A stretch of DNA of 64,000 nt from a virus. Taxonomy: Duplodnaviria; Caudoviricetes. A program made the position numbers and the translations under genes. Shown one piece after another: positions 8,302-17,745 of the stretch. Under the pieces are notes generated by a model that did no database searches, was not told where the DNA came from, and saw only the letters and a program-made list of their open reading frames with translations. The first letter of the stretch is position 1; each line of letters starts with the position of its first letter. The stretch covers positions 1 through 64,000 of IMG/VR virus record IMGVR_UViG_3300005077_000012. One strand, 5' to 3'.

Positions 8302-10140
8302 CTATCCGCTTATATATCCTTGAATACTTCCCCCGGTCATCCGCCCGGTCGCCAAAACCGCACGGCTCGTAGCAGACGTCTCCGTCGGATAATTTAATGC
8401 CTGTACACGCGTTGATATACTACCACCATACGGTCCACCAACGCAGTAACCAACGTCTACCCCAGAAAAATTCCCACCCCCATACTGGCGCAGGGGCAGA
8501 TTGACGGACAAGAGTGCGCTGGTCTCCGTAGAAAAGTTAACGTCTTCAACACTACTCAGCGTCGTTGCACCTCCAACAACATACCCCTTGTACAGTCCAG
8601 AGAGGCCCTGAGCGTATGCACGCGCAACATCCAACGTTGCGGAGAGGGATGCAATCGCATCGGACGAGAACGTGACTCCCCGGATCGTGCTGTACGTTCC
8701 AGCGCGGGACCCGCCCGCAACATACGCCTTCAACTTCGACTGTACCTCCGCCGTATAGTATGGAAAGTCAGGGAGCGTCGATCCCAGATATGAAAGACTT
8801 TCCGTCGCAAACGTAACCGTGTGTACCCGGGCATAATCAAACGCATACCCCTTGAGTTGACTGTTGCCTCCGGACAGATAGTGCAAAATAGGCTGTGATA
8901 ATGTCACCCCCAAGTTAGCTGCGAGCTCAGTGCTATACGTGAACGCAGACACCACGTCATCCGTTACACCGTTACCACCACACGTATACCCTTTAACGGA
9001 ACCGGACATCCCACATCCGATGTTCGTTGTCGTGTCTGTCGTTTCCGATAACGTCGAGACCGTCCCGGTGTTGAAATTGTGTTTCGTTATGATCGCGGAC
9101 GCAGACCCTGTATATCCTCCAACATAATACCCACACAGGATCAGTGCGGTATCGTAGCGATCGATGACCTGCCACGTCGTCCCCTCGACCACACACAGGA
9201 GTTTGATACTGGAATACGCGGCAATACTTGATATCGCACCCCCGGCTATTGGAAGGGTAGACACGTCATTGTATATTATATTCTGTCCGTCCAGTTGAAC
9301 AATCGTGTATCCGTTTCCATTGATGTCGTCAATTTCAAGAACGTCTCCAACCTTTGCCGTTGCCGGAAGCGTTAACAAAACGGTGCTGGAATACTCGATC
9401 AGATGTCGGGTGTTTCTCTCCAGCGTCGCGGTCGCGGTCGTAACCTTCGTGGACCATTGAGAATACGGAGACCTTCGTACCGTAGACGTAGGCGCAGTCG
9501 TCCAGCGATTATACTCCCCGCACTGAAGATAGTTATACTGTGCCAGTGCTGTTGCACTCGCGTCAACCGTAACCTCGGCAATCTTGATCCATCCCGCAGT
9601 CGACGCCGGGGCGACTCCAGCACCTTCGGTTCCCTTGAGGACCTGAACCTCAACCCCGTATTCAACCCGGGTATAGGTCAGTGCAGTAACGACCGCCCCG
9701 GACAGCGGGTCGCGAACGTTTCGGGCCTGTGAGTCATACGTATTCACCGTCGGCCGTATCTCGATCGTGTCAATGCGGTTACCAGAACCACCCTCGTCGA
9801 CACTGACAGCCGTCGGTTCGGCTACAACAACACCGAACACTTTTCCCGGGTCAGCGGTGAACCCCCAGACTGATCCGGAGTAGTACGACCCGCTAAACGA
9901 TAGCGCGATGCCGGGGTGAATATAACCGGTCATCGCTGCACTCCAGACAATACGCAGACCATCACCGACAATGACGTTCGCATCGCCTGTGGTAGACTGC
10001 ATCGGAGCGATGAGCGCGGCGACTGTATCTATCGTATTCTTGTATATGACCTCTGAAATAGTTGAGAGGTCTGTATTTTTGACTTCCTCATTCTCAGTCC
10101 AGAGCGGCGTCTTGAGTGCGTACCCGTCCGATAATTGCAT
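8302..10140 (-). CDS. Tail fibre / receptor-binding protein with C-terminal propeller-like repeats (paralogue 3)
   Basis: N-terminus shared with 10152-12092 and 12092-13120; repeated G.S..KGY..GG blades. Confidence 0.65.
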   Translation of the reverse strand: MQLSDGYALKTPLWTENEEVKNTDLSTISEVIYKNTIDTVAALIAPMQSTTGDANVIVGDGLRIVWSAAMTGYIHPGIALSFSGSYYSGSVWGFTADPGKVFGVVVAEPTAVSVDEGGSGNRIDTIEIRPTVNTYDSQARNVRDPLSGAVVTALTYTRVEYGVEVQVLKGTEGAGVAPASTAGWIKIAEVTVDASATALAQYNYLQCGEYNRWTTAPTSTVRRSPYSQWSTKVTTATATLERNTRHLIEYSSTVLLTLPATAKVGDVLEIDDINGNGYTIVQLDGQNIIYNDVSTLPIAGGAISSIAAYSSIKLLCVVEGTTWQVIDRYDTALILCGYYVGGYTGSASAIITKHNFNTGTVSTLSETTDTTTNIGCGMSGSVKGYTCGGNGVTDDVVSAFTYSTELAANLGVTLSQPILHYLSGGNSQLKGYAFDYARVHTVTFATESLSYLGSTLPDFPYYTAEVQSKLKAYVAGGSRAGTYSTIRGVTFSSDAIASLSATLDVARAYAQGLSGLYKGYVVGGATTLSSVEDVNFSTETSALLSVNLPLRQYGGGNFSGVDVGYCVGGPYGGSISTRVQALNYPTETSATSRAVLATGRMTGGSIQGYISG

Positions 10141-10151
10141 ACCTGTTCCCC

Positions 10152-12092
10152 CTACCCTGAATGTCCATACACGGCTGTACTCCCCATAAACGGGCCGTAC
10201 GCACCGATCAAACTGGATAACGTATATTCCAGAACTTCATTCGCCAGTGTGGAAAACGTAACCCGACCGATCTCATGCACAGACCCTGACGACCAGTTCC
10301 GCGTTCCAAAAAGATACCCATGCAGCGGGCCACTCGCCCCGGACGCTTCCTGTGTCCCTTCGGCGTATGCGGCTGCCACCGATGTCACGGTCTCCGTTGC
10401 AAACGCAAGCGACGATATGACGTCCGTTGCACCCGACTCCGCTGTTTGCCCACCGACCATCAAACCGAAGTCTGTCGTTTGCAGTGGTGTCGCATAACGC
10501 CGCTCGTAAAACGAACTTAACTGCGACGTAATTGCCGCCGCCGCTTCTGTTGCATAGGTAAGGCGATCGGTCGTTTTAAGGTATCCCGAACCCCCCAACC
10601 CGGACATAGCGTACCCATGTAATCCAGTATATACCCCACACGTACTCGCTCGGGCCGTATCCAATGAGTCAGAAATTGCGGCACACGTCTCAGCGGAAAA
10701 AACAAACGCGTCAATGACTGCGGTCGTTGACGAATTTGTCATCCCCCCCATAATATACCCTTTGATGGAACTGACAGCTCCGGCACCTTCAGCCCGCGCA
10801 CTGGACAGGGTTGCACTCGCATACGCAGCAACCGCAGTCGCGAAAGTCATAGACTCGGTAGTATGCGTGTTATCTCCAGCACTCCACGCACCACCGCAGC
10901 GGTACCCCTTTAAATGCCCAGACAGTCCACACCCGTACATTGTAGAAGCCCAACAGGCTGAAACAGTAATCCCCAGCGTCTCAGTCAAAAAATCGAATGA
11001 ATAAATCTGTGAGTTGCGTGCAACCAATAAATCCCCATCAATGCAATACCCACCCATCGCATACGCCCGCATATTCCGCGTATCCGTTGTCTCAATAATC
11101 TGCCACGCAGTATTCTCAACAACGCAGATCATCTTCAAACTGGAATAGCGCCGCCTGCTATACGCATACCCGGATGTCCCTATTCTGGACACCCGACCGC
11201 CGTCAATAATATATTGCCCGGAAGGCTGCGCGATCTTAAAGCCTCCCCCGCCAACGTTTACAATGTGGATCAGGTCACCGACGTGTGCCGCAGACGGAAG
11301 CGTCAACGTCGTCTGCTCGGTATAGTCCACAAACGTCATCTGGTTCACCGAGAGGTTCGCGCTTGACGTGTTTACCGTTGCATACGTCGGCGCAATCGCA
11401 CCCTTCCGGGTTGTTATATCCGCCTCTGTGGTCCATAGGTTATTGGACGTACTCCACGTTCCGATGACGTCAGCATCCTTGTATGACGCCTGTGACAGGG
11501 TCGTCGCCGATGATGGAATGTACACCTCGGCCACCTTAATCCACCCAGACGTTTTTGCTGGAGCAGAACCACCGCCAACCCCTTTGAGCACCTGTACCTC
11601 GAACGAATATTTTACGCGAACATTGACGTCGGCCTCTGTAATAACCTCGGTTAAAGGATCGCGAAATTTTCGCGTCTGCTCATCGTAGAATGTCTGTACC
11701 GGTCTGATCTGAATGGTATCATATCGGTTGCTCCCGACCAGACCTTCATCTACCGTCACACTGGTCGGTGCGTCCACGAATACTCCGAAGATATCTCCGG
11801 ACGACTCGACAAACCCCCACGACGATCCTGACGTGTAGCTCCCCTTGAACGAAAGCGCAAACCCGGGATGCAGGTACGCCGTCATCCCGGACGACCACAC
11901 CATACGCAGACCGTCACCGACAACCATGTCCGCCGACGATCCGTCCGCCTCGGGTGCAGCAAGGATCGCCGCGATCATATCGATTGCATTTTTGTACGCC
12001 ACATCATGCAGACTGTTAAAGTCCCGATGATCGACAAGCTCGTTCGCGATCCAGTACGGAGACTTGATACCACGCCCATCTGATAACTGCAT
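10152..12092 (-). CDS. Tail fibre / receptor-binding protein with C-terminal propeller-like repeats (paralogue 2)
   Basis: Same architecture: MQLSDG..K.P.W N-terminus, TLTLP..A.VGD module, GY.MGG repeats. Confidence 0.65.
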   Translation of the reverse strand: MQLSDGRGIKSPYWIANELVDHRDFNSLHDVAYKNAIDMIAAILAAPEADGSSADMVVGDGLRMVWSSGMTAYLHPGFALSFKGSYTSGSSWGFVESSGDIFGVFVDAPTSVTVDEGLVGSNRYDTIQIRPVQTFYDEQTRKFRDPLTEVITEADVNVRVKYSFEVQVLKGVGGGSAPAKTSGWIKVAEVYIPSSATTLSQASYKDADVIGTWSTSNNLWTTEADITTRKGAIAPTYATVNTSSANLSVNQMTFVDYTEQTTLTLPSAAHVGDLIHIVNVGGGGFKIAQPSGQYIIDGGRVSRIGTSGYAYSRRRYSSLKMICVVENTAWQIIETTDTRNMRAYAMGGYCIDGDLLVARNSQIYSFDFLTETLGITVSACWASTMYGCGLSGHLKGYRCGGAWSAGDNTHTTESMTFATAVAAYASATLSSARAEGAGAVSSIKGYIMGGMTNSSTTAVIDAFVFSAETCAAISDSLDTARASTCGVYTGLHGYAMSGLGGSGYLKTTDRLTYATEAAAAITSQLSSFYERRYATPLQTTDFGLMVGGQTAESGATDVISSLAFATETVTSVAAAYAEGTQEASGASGPLHGYLFGTRNWSSGSVHEIGRVTFSTLANEVLEYTLSSLIGAYGPFMGSTAVYGHSG

Positions 12093-13120
12093 TACGATGC
12101 CTCCTGTAGATTAGGATCACTGGACCGTATAATACGCCACAACAAATCCGGTGAACTACACCGGAGCATGACCCGAGCATACGGGACTGACGCCGTAACC
12201 GTGGTTGCACTCAGCGTCTGCTTCGTCCGAATATGCTGCCACCACCCCGCCGAAGCAATAGTGAACCGACTCCCACCGATATCAATAATCTCAATGATAT
12301 CACCCTCCTCAGAATGGATTGGCAGCGTCAACGTCAAAGCCTCTGTCGCATTACAGATGTGACTTTTGTTCACCGTCAACGTCGTACTGCTTGTAACGGA
12401 GACGGGACTGGTCAGTATCTCTTGATCCTGTTGAATACTCGGGATAGCTTTTAGCGGATAGGACGACCACGTACTCGACTGCTCTGCCTGCCAGTAGCAC
12501 TTCTGTGACAGTGTTGTTGCGTTTGCCGGAACGTGCACCTCGGCAATCTTGATCCTCCCAGCGGTCGGTGCAGGACCCACCGGAGACGCTGCTGGAGTAC
12601 CCTTGCGAACATACACTGCGGCCCCGTATCCAATCCGGGTATTGACTGACGACTGCGTGACCACCCCGGTTGACGGGTTCCTGAACCGACGGGTCTCTGA
12701 GTCGTATGCGGCCTGCGTCGGCTCGATCTCAATCGTATCGATCCGCACATACGTATGATGTCCAGAGTCCACAAGGACCGGGTACGTTGTGTCGACAATA
12801 ACCGCCGCAAGGACTCCGGTGCTCGCTGAAAACACCAGTGGGGGGCCCGGTGTATAGTCCCCCTTGTAGGACAGGACAACCCCGGGCTGCAGGTATGCGG
12901 TTCTTCCAGACGACCACAACAACCGGGCCCCGCGCCCGACGACCACTGCCGACCCGGTGCTTGCTGTTTCGCTTGCCTGTGCCGGTGTATGCAGACACCC
13001 CAGAACGTTCGCCATCGTTACATACATGGAGTTGATGATCTCGTTCAGGTCATCGGTTTCGGCGAGCATATTCTCGGGCCAGTACGGGGCCTTGATGGAT
13101 ACACTATTCGATAATATCAT
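12092..13120 (-). CDS. Short tail fibre paralogue (paralogue 1)
   Basis: Shared N-terminal and TLTLP..GD.IEI modules but no C-terminal repeats. Confidence 0.6.
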   Translation of the reverse strand: MILSNSVSIKAPYWPENMLAETDDLNEIINSMYVTMANVLGCLHTPAQASETASTGSAVVVGRGARLLWSSGRTAYLQPGVVLSYKGDYTPGPPLVFSASTGVLAAVIVDTTYPVLVDSGHHTYVRIDTIEIEPTQAAYDSETRRFRNPSTGVVTQSSVNTRIGYGAAVYVRKGTPAASPVGPAPTAGRIKIAEVHVPANATTLSQKCYWQAEQSSTWSSYPLKAIPSIQQDQEILTSPVSVTSSTTLTVNKSHICNATEALTLTLPIHSEEGDIIEIIDIGGSRFTIASAGWWQHIRTKQTLSATTVTASVPYARVMLRCSSPDLLWRIIRSSDPNLQEAS

Positions 13121-13129
13121 GAACGCCTC

Positions 13130-13804
13130 CTATGCCACTTCAGCATCTGCAGTCGCGTCAATACTCCCGCGCTGGACCATTCTTACATCGTAGTCAACCC
13201 CGGCCGCTTTGATGCGGTTCAGCATCTCTGTAAGGAATGTCTCAATGTATCCAACCCCAACTCCGCCAACGTAGTACTGATCCATGTACCCATTCGTTAC
13301 ATCATTGTCGAGAAACAATGTATAATCCGTCGGAGCCTCGGTACTGGTCAGTCGGAGCTCGAAGTAATTACTCGTCGACGAAAACGGTTCTATGAGCTGA
13401 ATGGCGTCAGCAGCAATCCCAAACTCACGCAACGCATCGATGATCGCCCACCGGGTGTGCCTCCGGTAATTCGTCTGCTCCTTAACGAGACACTTGAACC
13501 GCTGCCGGTACTCTTCGTCCGTTTCAAACGTCCCGCGTCGGGGAAGTCGAACGAAGGTCTCAACGAGGATGTCCAGTAAATCGGTCTCCGCACCGTCTAT
13601 GGTCAGCGACTCAGTCGCTTCCGTTGTCTGCAGCCGGGCGAACTCCAGCTCGTTACACAGGGCACCACAGTTTACATCCTCTGAGTCCAGCGTCGGGACC
13701 GTCGAGGTGAAGTCAATCTCACCGAACAGAACGACATACATGGGCCCGTATTTGTTAATCGCCTTTGATATCGTGGAGTTAAACGTCTCGATCATGGATG
13801 CCAT
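13130..13804 (-). CDS. Baseplate wedge protein (gpI-like), putative
   Basis: LPRRGTFETDEEYRQR and IKAAGV motifs; follows the baseplate J gene. Confidence 0.6.
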   Translation of the reverse strand: MASMIETFNSTISKAINKYGPMYVVLFGEIDFTSTVPTLDSEDVNCGALCNELEFARLQTTEATESLTIDGAETDLLDILVETFVRLPRRGTFETDEEYRQRFKCLVKEQTNYRRHTRWAIIDALREFGIAADAIQLIEPFSSTSNYFELRLTSTEAPTDYTLFLDNDVTNGYMDQYYVGGVGVGYIETFLTEMLNRIKAAGVDYDVRMVQRGSIDATADAEVA

Positions 13805-13838
13805 TCAAATACCCCTTGCAAAATATCTATAGATGCCG

Positions 13839-14921
13839 TTATGCAAATGTAATCGTAGTCGTCCCCAGACGCCCGACCTGAGTCGAGCTGATTGCCGTAT
13901 TCGATGCCGGTACGGTCACCGATACATCCGCCACACCGTATACACCCATGATTGAACTGATAATCTCGTTCCGGATGATATCCGCACCGACCCCCAGATT
14001 ATTGATATAGTCCGCGACAAGCTGGTTTATATCCGTTTCAACTTGACTCTGATCAATCGACGTGTCCGCGATCAGCGTTATCTCAGCCGCTACGTTCTGA
14101 GTCACAATGGACGGCTTCTCAACCACAACATTGACCCCGGCAGCGCGGTAGCCCGGGTTTGTTTCTGTGCCATCCCCATCAATAATCAACTGCACGGCCT
14201 CGATCATGTCCGTCGTAACCCCGGTCGTCGTTCCGTCGTCGATGTACAGGTGTGCGTTTATGTTTGACGCGGGCGGAAAGTGCTCGACCACGGTCGCGCT
14301 GGTAATCCCCTCAACGGACAGGGCCCCGGCCACCAGACCGGCAATGTTTGAACGTCCCAGACCCTCAATGTAAGACTGGAACCGCCGCTTGTACTCGTAA
14401 TCGGACTCTTCATTGACCCCACCAGTAGCTGCACTGGCGTTAGTGACTGATATCAGGCCATCGATCGAGTCGACGAGGACTGTAATGGATGCCGATGACA
14501 CATTGTACGTGGTGCCAACCTCTTCGGCCTCAACCTCAACACTCCCGGACGTTGAACTTCCCGGAGCAATAGACCCGGCCTCGGTTGTCAGAAATACCAG
14601 ATCAGACGCAGTCCCCACCCGCGTCCCGATAGGTATGGACAGAGTCCCGGACGTCCCGGTGCGCGTGAATACGACTTCCGCAGTCGACTTTGTTCCGGCC
14701 TTCCGCTCAAACGCGTACAGGTCCTCCTGTATGGTCTCCAGCCGTCGCTTGAACCCGAGATACGTCCCAACGTACAGCTCCTCCAGACACATTGCCAGCC
14801 CCTCACAGATTGATCGGATGACACTGCCCGGGATCAGATCAGTCAGTGACGACTTCGATGTAATCCACGACGCCATATCCGCGACCAGATCGTCGAATGT
14901 TTTAACGGTAAACCCTGCCAT
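13839..14921 (-). CDS. Baseplate J-like wedge protein
   Basis: TDLIPGSVIRSI, VTN...ATGGVNEESD.EY..R, G.GADI..NEI motifs. Confidence 0.85.
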   Translation of the reverse strand: MAGFTVKTFDDLVADMASWITSKSSLTDLIPGSVIRSICEGLAMCLEELYVGTYLGFKRRLETIQEDLYAFERKAGTKSTAEVVFTRTGTSGTLSIPIGTRVGTASDLVFLTTEAGSIAPGSSTSGSVEVEAEEVGTTYNVSSASITVLVDSIDGLISVTNASAATGGVNEESDYEYKRRFQSYIEGLGRSNIAGLVAGALSVEGITSATVVEHFPPASNINAHLYIDDGTTTGVTTDMIEAVQLIIDGDGTETNPGYRAAGVNVVVEKPSIVTQNVAAEITLIADTSIDQSQVETDINQLVADYINNLGVGADIIRNEIISSIMGVYGVADVSVTVPASNTAISSTQVGRLGTTTITFA

Positions 14922-14931
14922 AGTTCCCTCT

Positions 14932-16662
14932 CTATACTAATTTCATCGTCGCCGACAATATCTCGGCGAGCCCGACCACTTCTATGTCAACATTTATATT
15001 CACAACGTCGCCCGCGACTGAAATATTCACGGAGTTCACACGCTCAATGCGCGGGTCCATCTTCAGCGCGGTCCTGATACCCGACCGCAGATAGCGAACC
15101 GCAAGATCATCCCCGGCCATGCCGGAGACTGCCGTCAGACCAAACGCCGTCTGCCTCAGCATTGACCCCCGCTCCGTATCCAGCACCATATCGATCCACT
15201 GGCGTATGTTCTCCGTTCCGCTTACGGTTGATACATCCCCGCTCTCATTGACAACGAAATCCCCGCTCTCGTCAATCTTAATATCAGTACCATACGGGTC
15301 CCGCGCGGGGTCCTCACTGACGAGGAACCGGTCCTTCGTCTGATTCCCGGCCGTAGACTTAACCGGGAGCAGCAGCGTTGTGAGCTGGTGTAATTCGTAG
15401 TTGTTGGTTATCCCGTTGAACGCAGCAATGAACGGCCACAGGTTCACGTCTCCCAGCATGGTCGTTGCGATCGACTGCAGCGTATCATTCGCCTTGATGG
15501 TATAACTGATAGACCCGGTGAATTGCGCCTGCAGCGTCTTCGAGACCCGATCTGCCGGTACGGCCCCCATCCCCGTATCCGGAGTATTCGCGTGCAGCGC
15601 GTCCCCGGTCGGGATCGACATCCCGTTGTCCAGCGGTACCGACGATGTCTTCGCCTTCTGCGATCCCTCACTCACCGCCTCATGGTAGAGCTTCATCGTG
15701 TTCCGCCACGTATACTGCACCATCTCCTTCGCGTTGACGTATGCCCCCTTCGTGATCTTGTAGTTGTTGTAGGCGGCGTCCACCGCAGTCGACATTGATC
15801 CAACGGCCTCGATCAACTGCTTCGTTATGTCAAGCGGTGACCGCAGCACAGACGACAGCTCCCCGGTATACATTGCAAGCTGTCGCCCGAGCATATCCAG
15901 CGAGTTCCGTACGATCGCAACCGAGTTTTTGATCGCCTGCACAAACGCGAACCCGGCGTCGAGCCACGCCAGTGCTGCATTGATATTGTCGAAGATACTG
16001 TCGATGATCCCGCCAAGTCCGATAAACGCAGGGTACTGGTCCCCGATCAGGTCCGGCATCCCGTAAACGAGCAGCGAGATCGAGTACGGATAATACATAG
16101 GACGTGCGGCTTCCCGGTCACAGGAGAACTCCAGCAGCACACAGTCGTACGACTGCTCATCATACAGGTCGTACACGCGCAGGATCATATCGCCATACGT
16201 CGTCGGGTAGTTGTACTTATATCGCATGATCGTATCCCGGAACGTGTAAAACGCGGACTTGTGATCGTACCCGAGCACGTTGATCATGGACTCCCCGATC
16301 GCCTGCGCCGTCAGCATCCACGCCGGAGTAACGGACGCACCCGCCGGTTGAAACGTCGGGAAGGCCCGGCTGGTTCCGGAGTATCCACGTATGGTAATCG
16401 TAATGTTGTCCGGGCCATAGTCGTCAACAAAGACGTTCCCGAAGGTCTTTGTGATATTGACCCGCTGCCCCTCTTTGATCGAGACCGCGTTCGGCGGAAC
16501 GACCAGCGTGAAACTCTCCTTGATGACCTTCGTGGTTCCATCGATGATCTCGAACAGGAAGCTCCGGGTCACGGGGACAGGTAACGGCCCCGGGGGGTTG
16601 AACTTATCGAGGGCCCGGCTGAACTGCGACGTTATCCCTGTGGTTGGATTGACTATCGGCAT
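14932..16662 (-). CDS. Fused baseplate protein: tube initiator-like + LysM + gp25-like
   Basis: N-terminal P.....I.E..R..ITKT....FVDDYG; LysM YTIKANDTLQSIA...LGD...W..IA.FN; C-terminal GD...VSG.ENI.Q.....L.TERG...FG...DPRI. Confidence 0.7.
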   Translation of the reverse strand: MPIVNPTTGITSQFSRALDKFNPPGPLPVPVTRSFLFEIIDGTTKVIKESFTLVVPPNAVSIKEGQRVNITKTFGNVFVDDYGPDNITITIRGYSGTSRAFPTFQPAGASVTPAWMLTAQAIGESMINVLGYDHKSAFYTFRDTIMRYKYNYPTTYGDMILRVYDLYDEQSYDCVLLEFSCDREAARPMYYPYSISLLVYGMPDLIGDQYPAFIGLGGIIDSIFDNINAALAWLDAGFAFVQAIKNSVAIVRNSLDMLGRQLAMYTGELSSVLRSPLDITKQLIEAVGSMSTAVDAAYNNYKITKGAYVNAKEMVQYTWRNTMKLYHEAVSEGSQKAKTSSVPLDNGMSIPTGDALHANTPDTGMGAVPADRVSKTLQAQFTGSISYTIKANDTLQSIATTMLGDVNLWPFIAAFNGITNNYELHQLTTLLLPVKSTAGNQTKDRFLVSEDPARDPYGTDIKIDESGDFVVNESGDVSTVSGTENIRQWIDMVLDTERGSMLRQTAFGLTAVSGMAGDDLAVRYLRSGIRTALKMDPRIERVNSVNISVAGDVVNINVDIEVVGLAEILSATMKLV

Positions 16663-16666
16663 ACAC

Positions 16667-17059
16667 TCACCCCATCTTCGTTTTATCTTGACCCGGAGTC
16701 AGAACTTTTACGGTCGCGCTTATCGAACAGACAGTTACACCATCAGACAGGAGCCCCGGAATGGATACCGGAACCTCATCATCAGCACGTAATGGTGCCA
16801 ACCCCTCCGCCTTCGTATTCGCTGCTGCCGGAGAGAACGCTCCGGTAAACGGTAATGTACTTGTACACGTTGTAAGCGTATCCTGACACCCGACAGCAAC
16901 CGAGAACCCGACCGGCCCTTTGTAGACACCCTTCCCGACGCCACCCACCAGAGCCTTCACCTTCGTCGAAGGCGTTCCCGTAAATGTAACCGTTCCGGTA
17001 ACCGTCGTCTCCTTAAACCCCAGAGTCGCCCCATCAACAACAATCTCTGTCAATGCCAT
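16667..17059 (-). CDS. PAAR-like spike tip protein, putative
   Basis: 130 aa with repeated PSTKVKA.. / NTKAEG..PLR.DD segments, three Cys, follows the spike gene. Confidence 0.5.
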   Translation of the reverse strand: MALTEIVVDGATLGFKETTVTGTVTFTGTPSTKVKALVGGVGKGVYKGPVGFSVAVGCQDTLTTCTSTLPFTGAFSPAAANTKAEGLAPLRADDEVPVSIPGLLSDGVTVCSISATVKVLTPGQDKTKMG

Positions 17060-17745
17060 TACTTTGTGACCTCCAACTGTCCGTTAATCGTGGTCGTGCT
17101 TCCGGTCATAACGATAGTCGTCCCGCCCTTCGCAGTGATGGATACGCCATTTGTATCGAGGATGAAGATATTTCCGAACGCATCCTGCAGTTTTATCATC
17201 TTCGTCCCGGACTCAACCGCACGGATGTACGTCCCGGACGGTGTCTCCACGGTAATCGTCCCGGAGTCGTCGACCTCGATCGTGGTGCCACCCTGAAAAA
17301 TCTTCCGGTAGTACTTCTCCTTCCCGGCCTCGTAGAGCTTCTTTGTATACGCCTTGCTGCCTGAGTTGATCGCAACCTGATCGGTCTGATACTTCCCGTA
17401 CAGGTAGGGGACCACCGTCCCGAGGATGTACGGCTGAGACTCGCGCCCGGCGATAAACGCAATCAGAACGACGCTCCCCACCGGGGGCAGTTCGAGCTCC
17501 CCGTATATCTCATCGCTGACGAGATATGTCTTCGACAGGAGCGGAACGTTATACGCCTTCGTATTGTTCCACGTCGTGACGTCGCAGGTATTCCGATCGG
17601 CATACACAACATTGACCGTCGCCAGATTGGTCCGGGCGATGGTCAGGTTCGACCGGGACGCGATCTCATCGATCGTGCTCTGAAAGGTTTCAGCCACCTC
17701 ATCGTCATCGACGAAGTCGGTTGGATGATCGTATCCGTCAATCAT
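17059..17745 (-). CDS. Baseplate spike (gpV/gp5-like OB fold + beta repeats)
   Basis: LELPPVGSVVLIAFIAG....PYILG OB-fold motif followed by short beta repeats. Confidence 0.7.
   Translation of the reverse strand: MIDGYDHPTDFVDDDEVAETFQSTIDEIASRSNLTIARTNLATVNVVYADRNTCDVTTWNNTKAYNVPLLSKTYLVSDEIYGELELPPVGSVVLIAFIAGRESQPYILGTVVPYLYGKYQTDQVAINSGSKAYTKKLYEAGKEKYYRKIFQGGTTIEVDDSGTITVETPSGTYIRAVESGTKMIKLQDAFGNIFILDTNGVSITAKGGTTIVMTGSTTTINGQLEVTK

Noticed and set aside
8302-12092. Diversity-generating retroelement acting on fibre C-termini
   Set aside because: No reverse transcriptase and no near-identical template/variable repeat pair differing at adenines was seen
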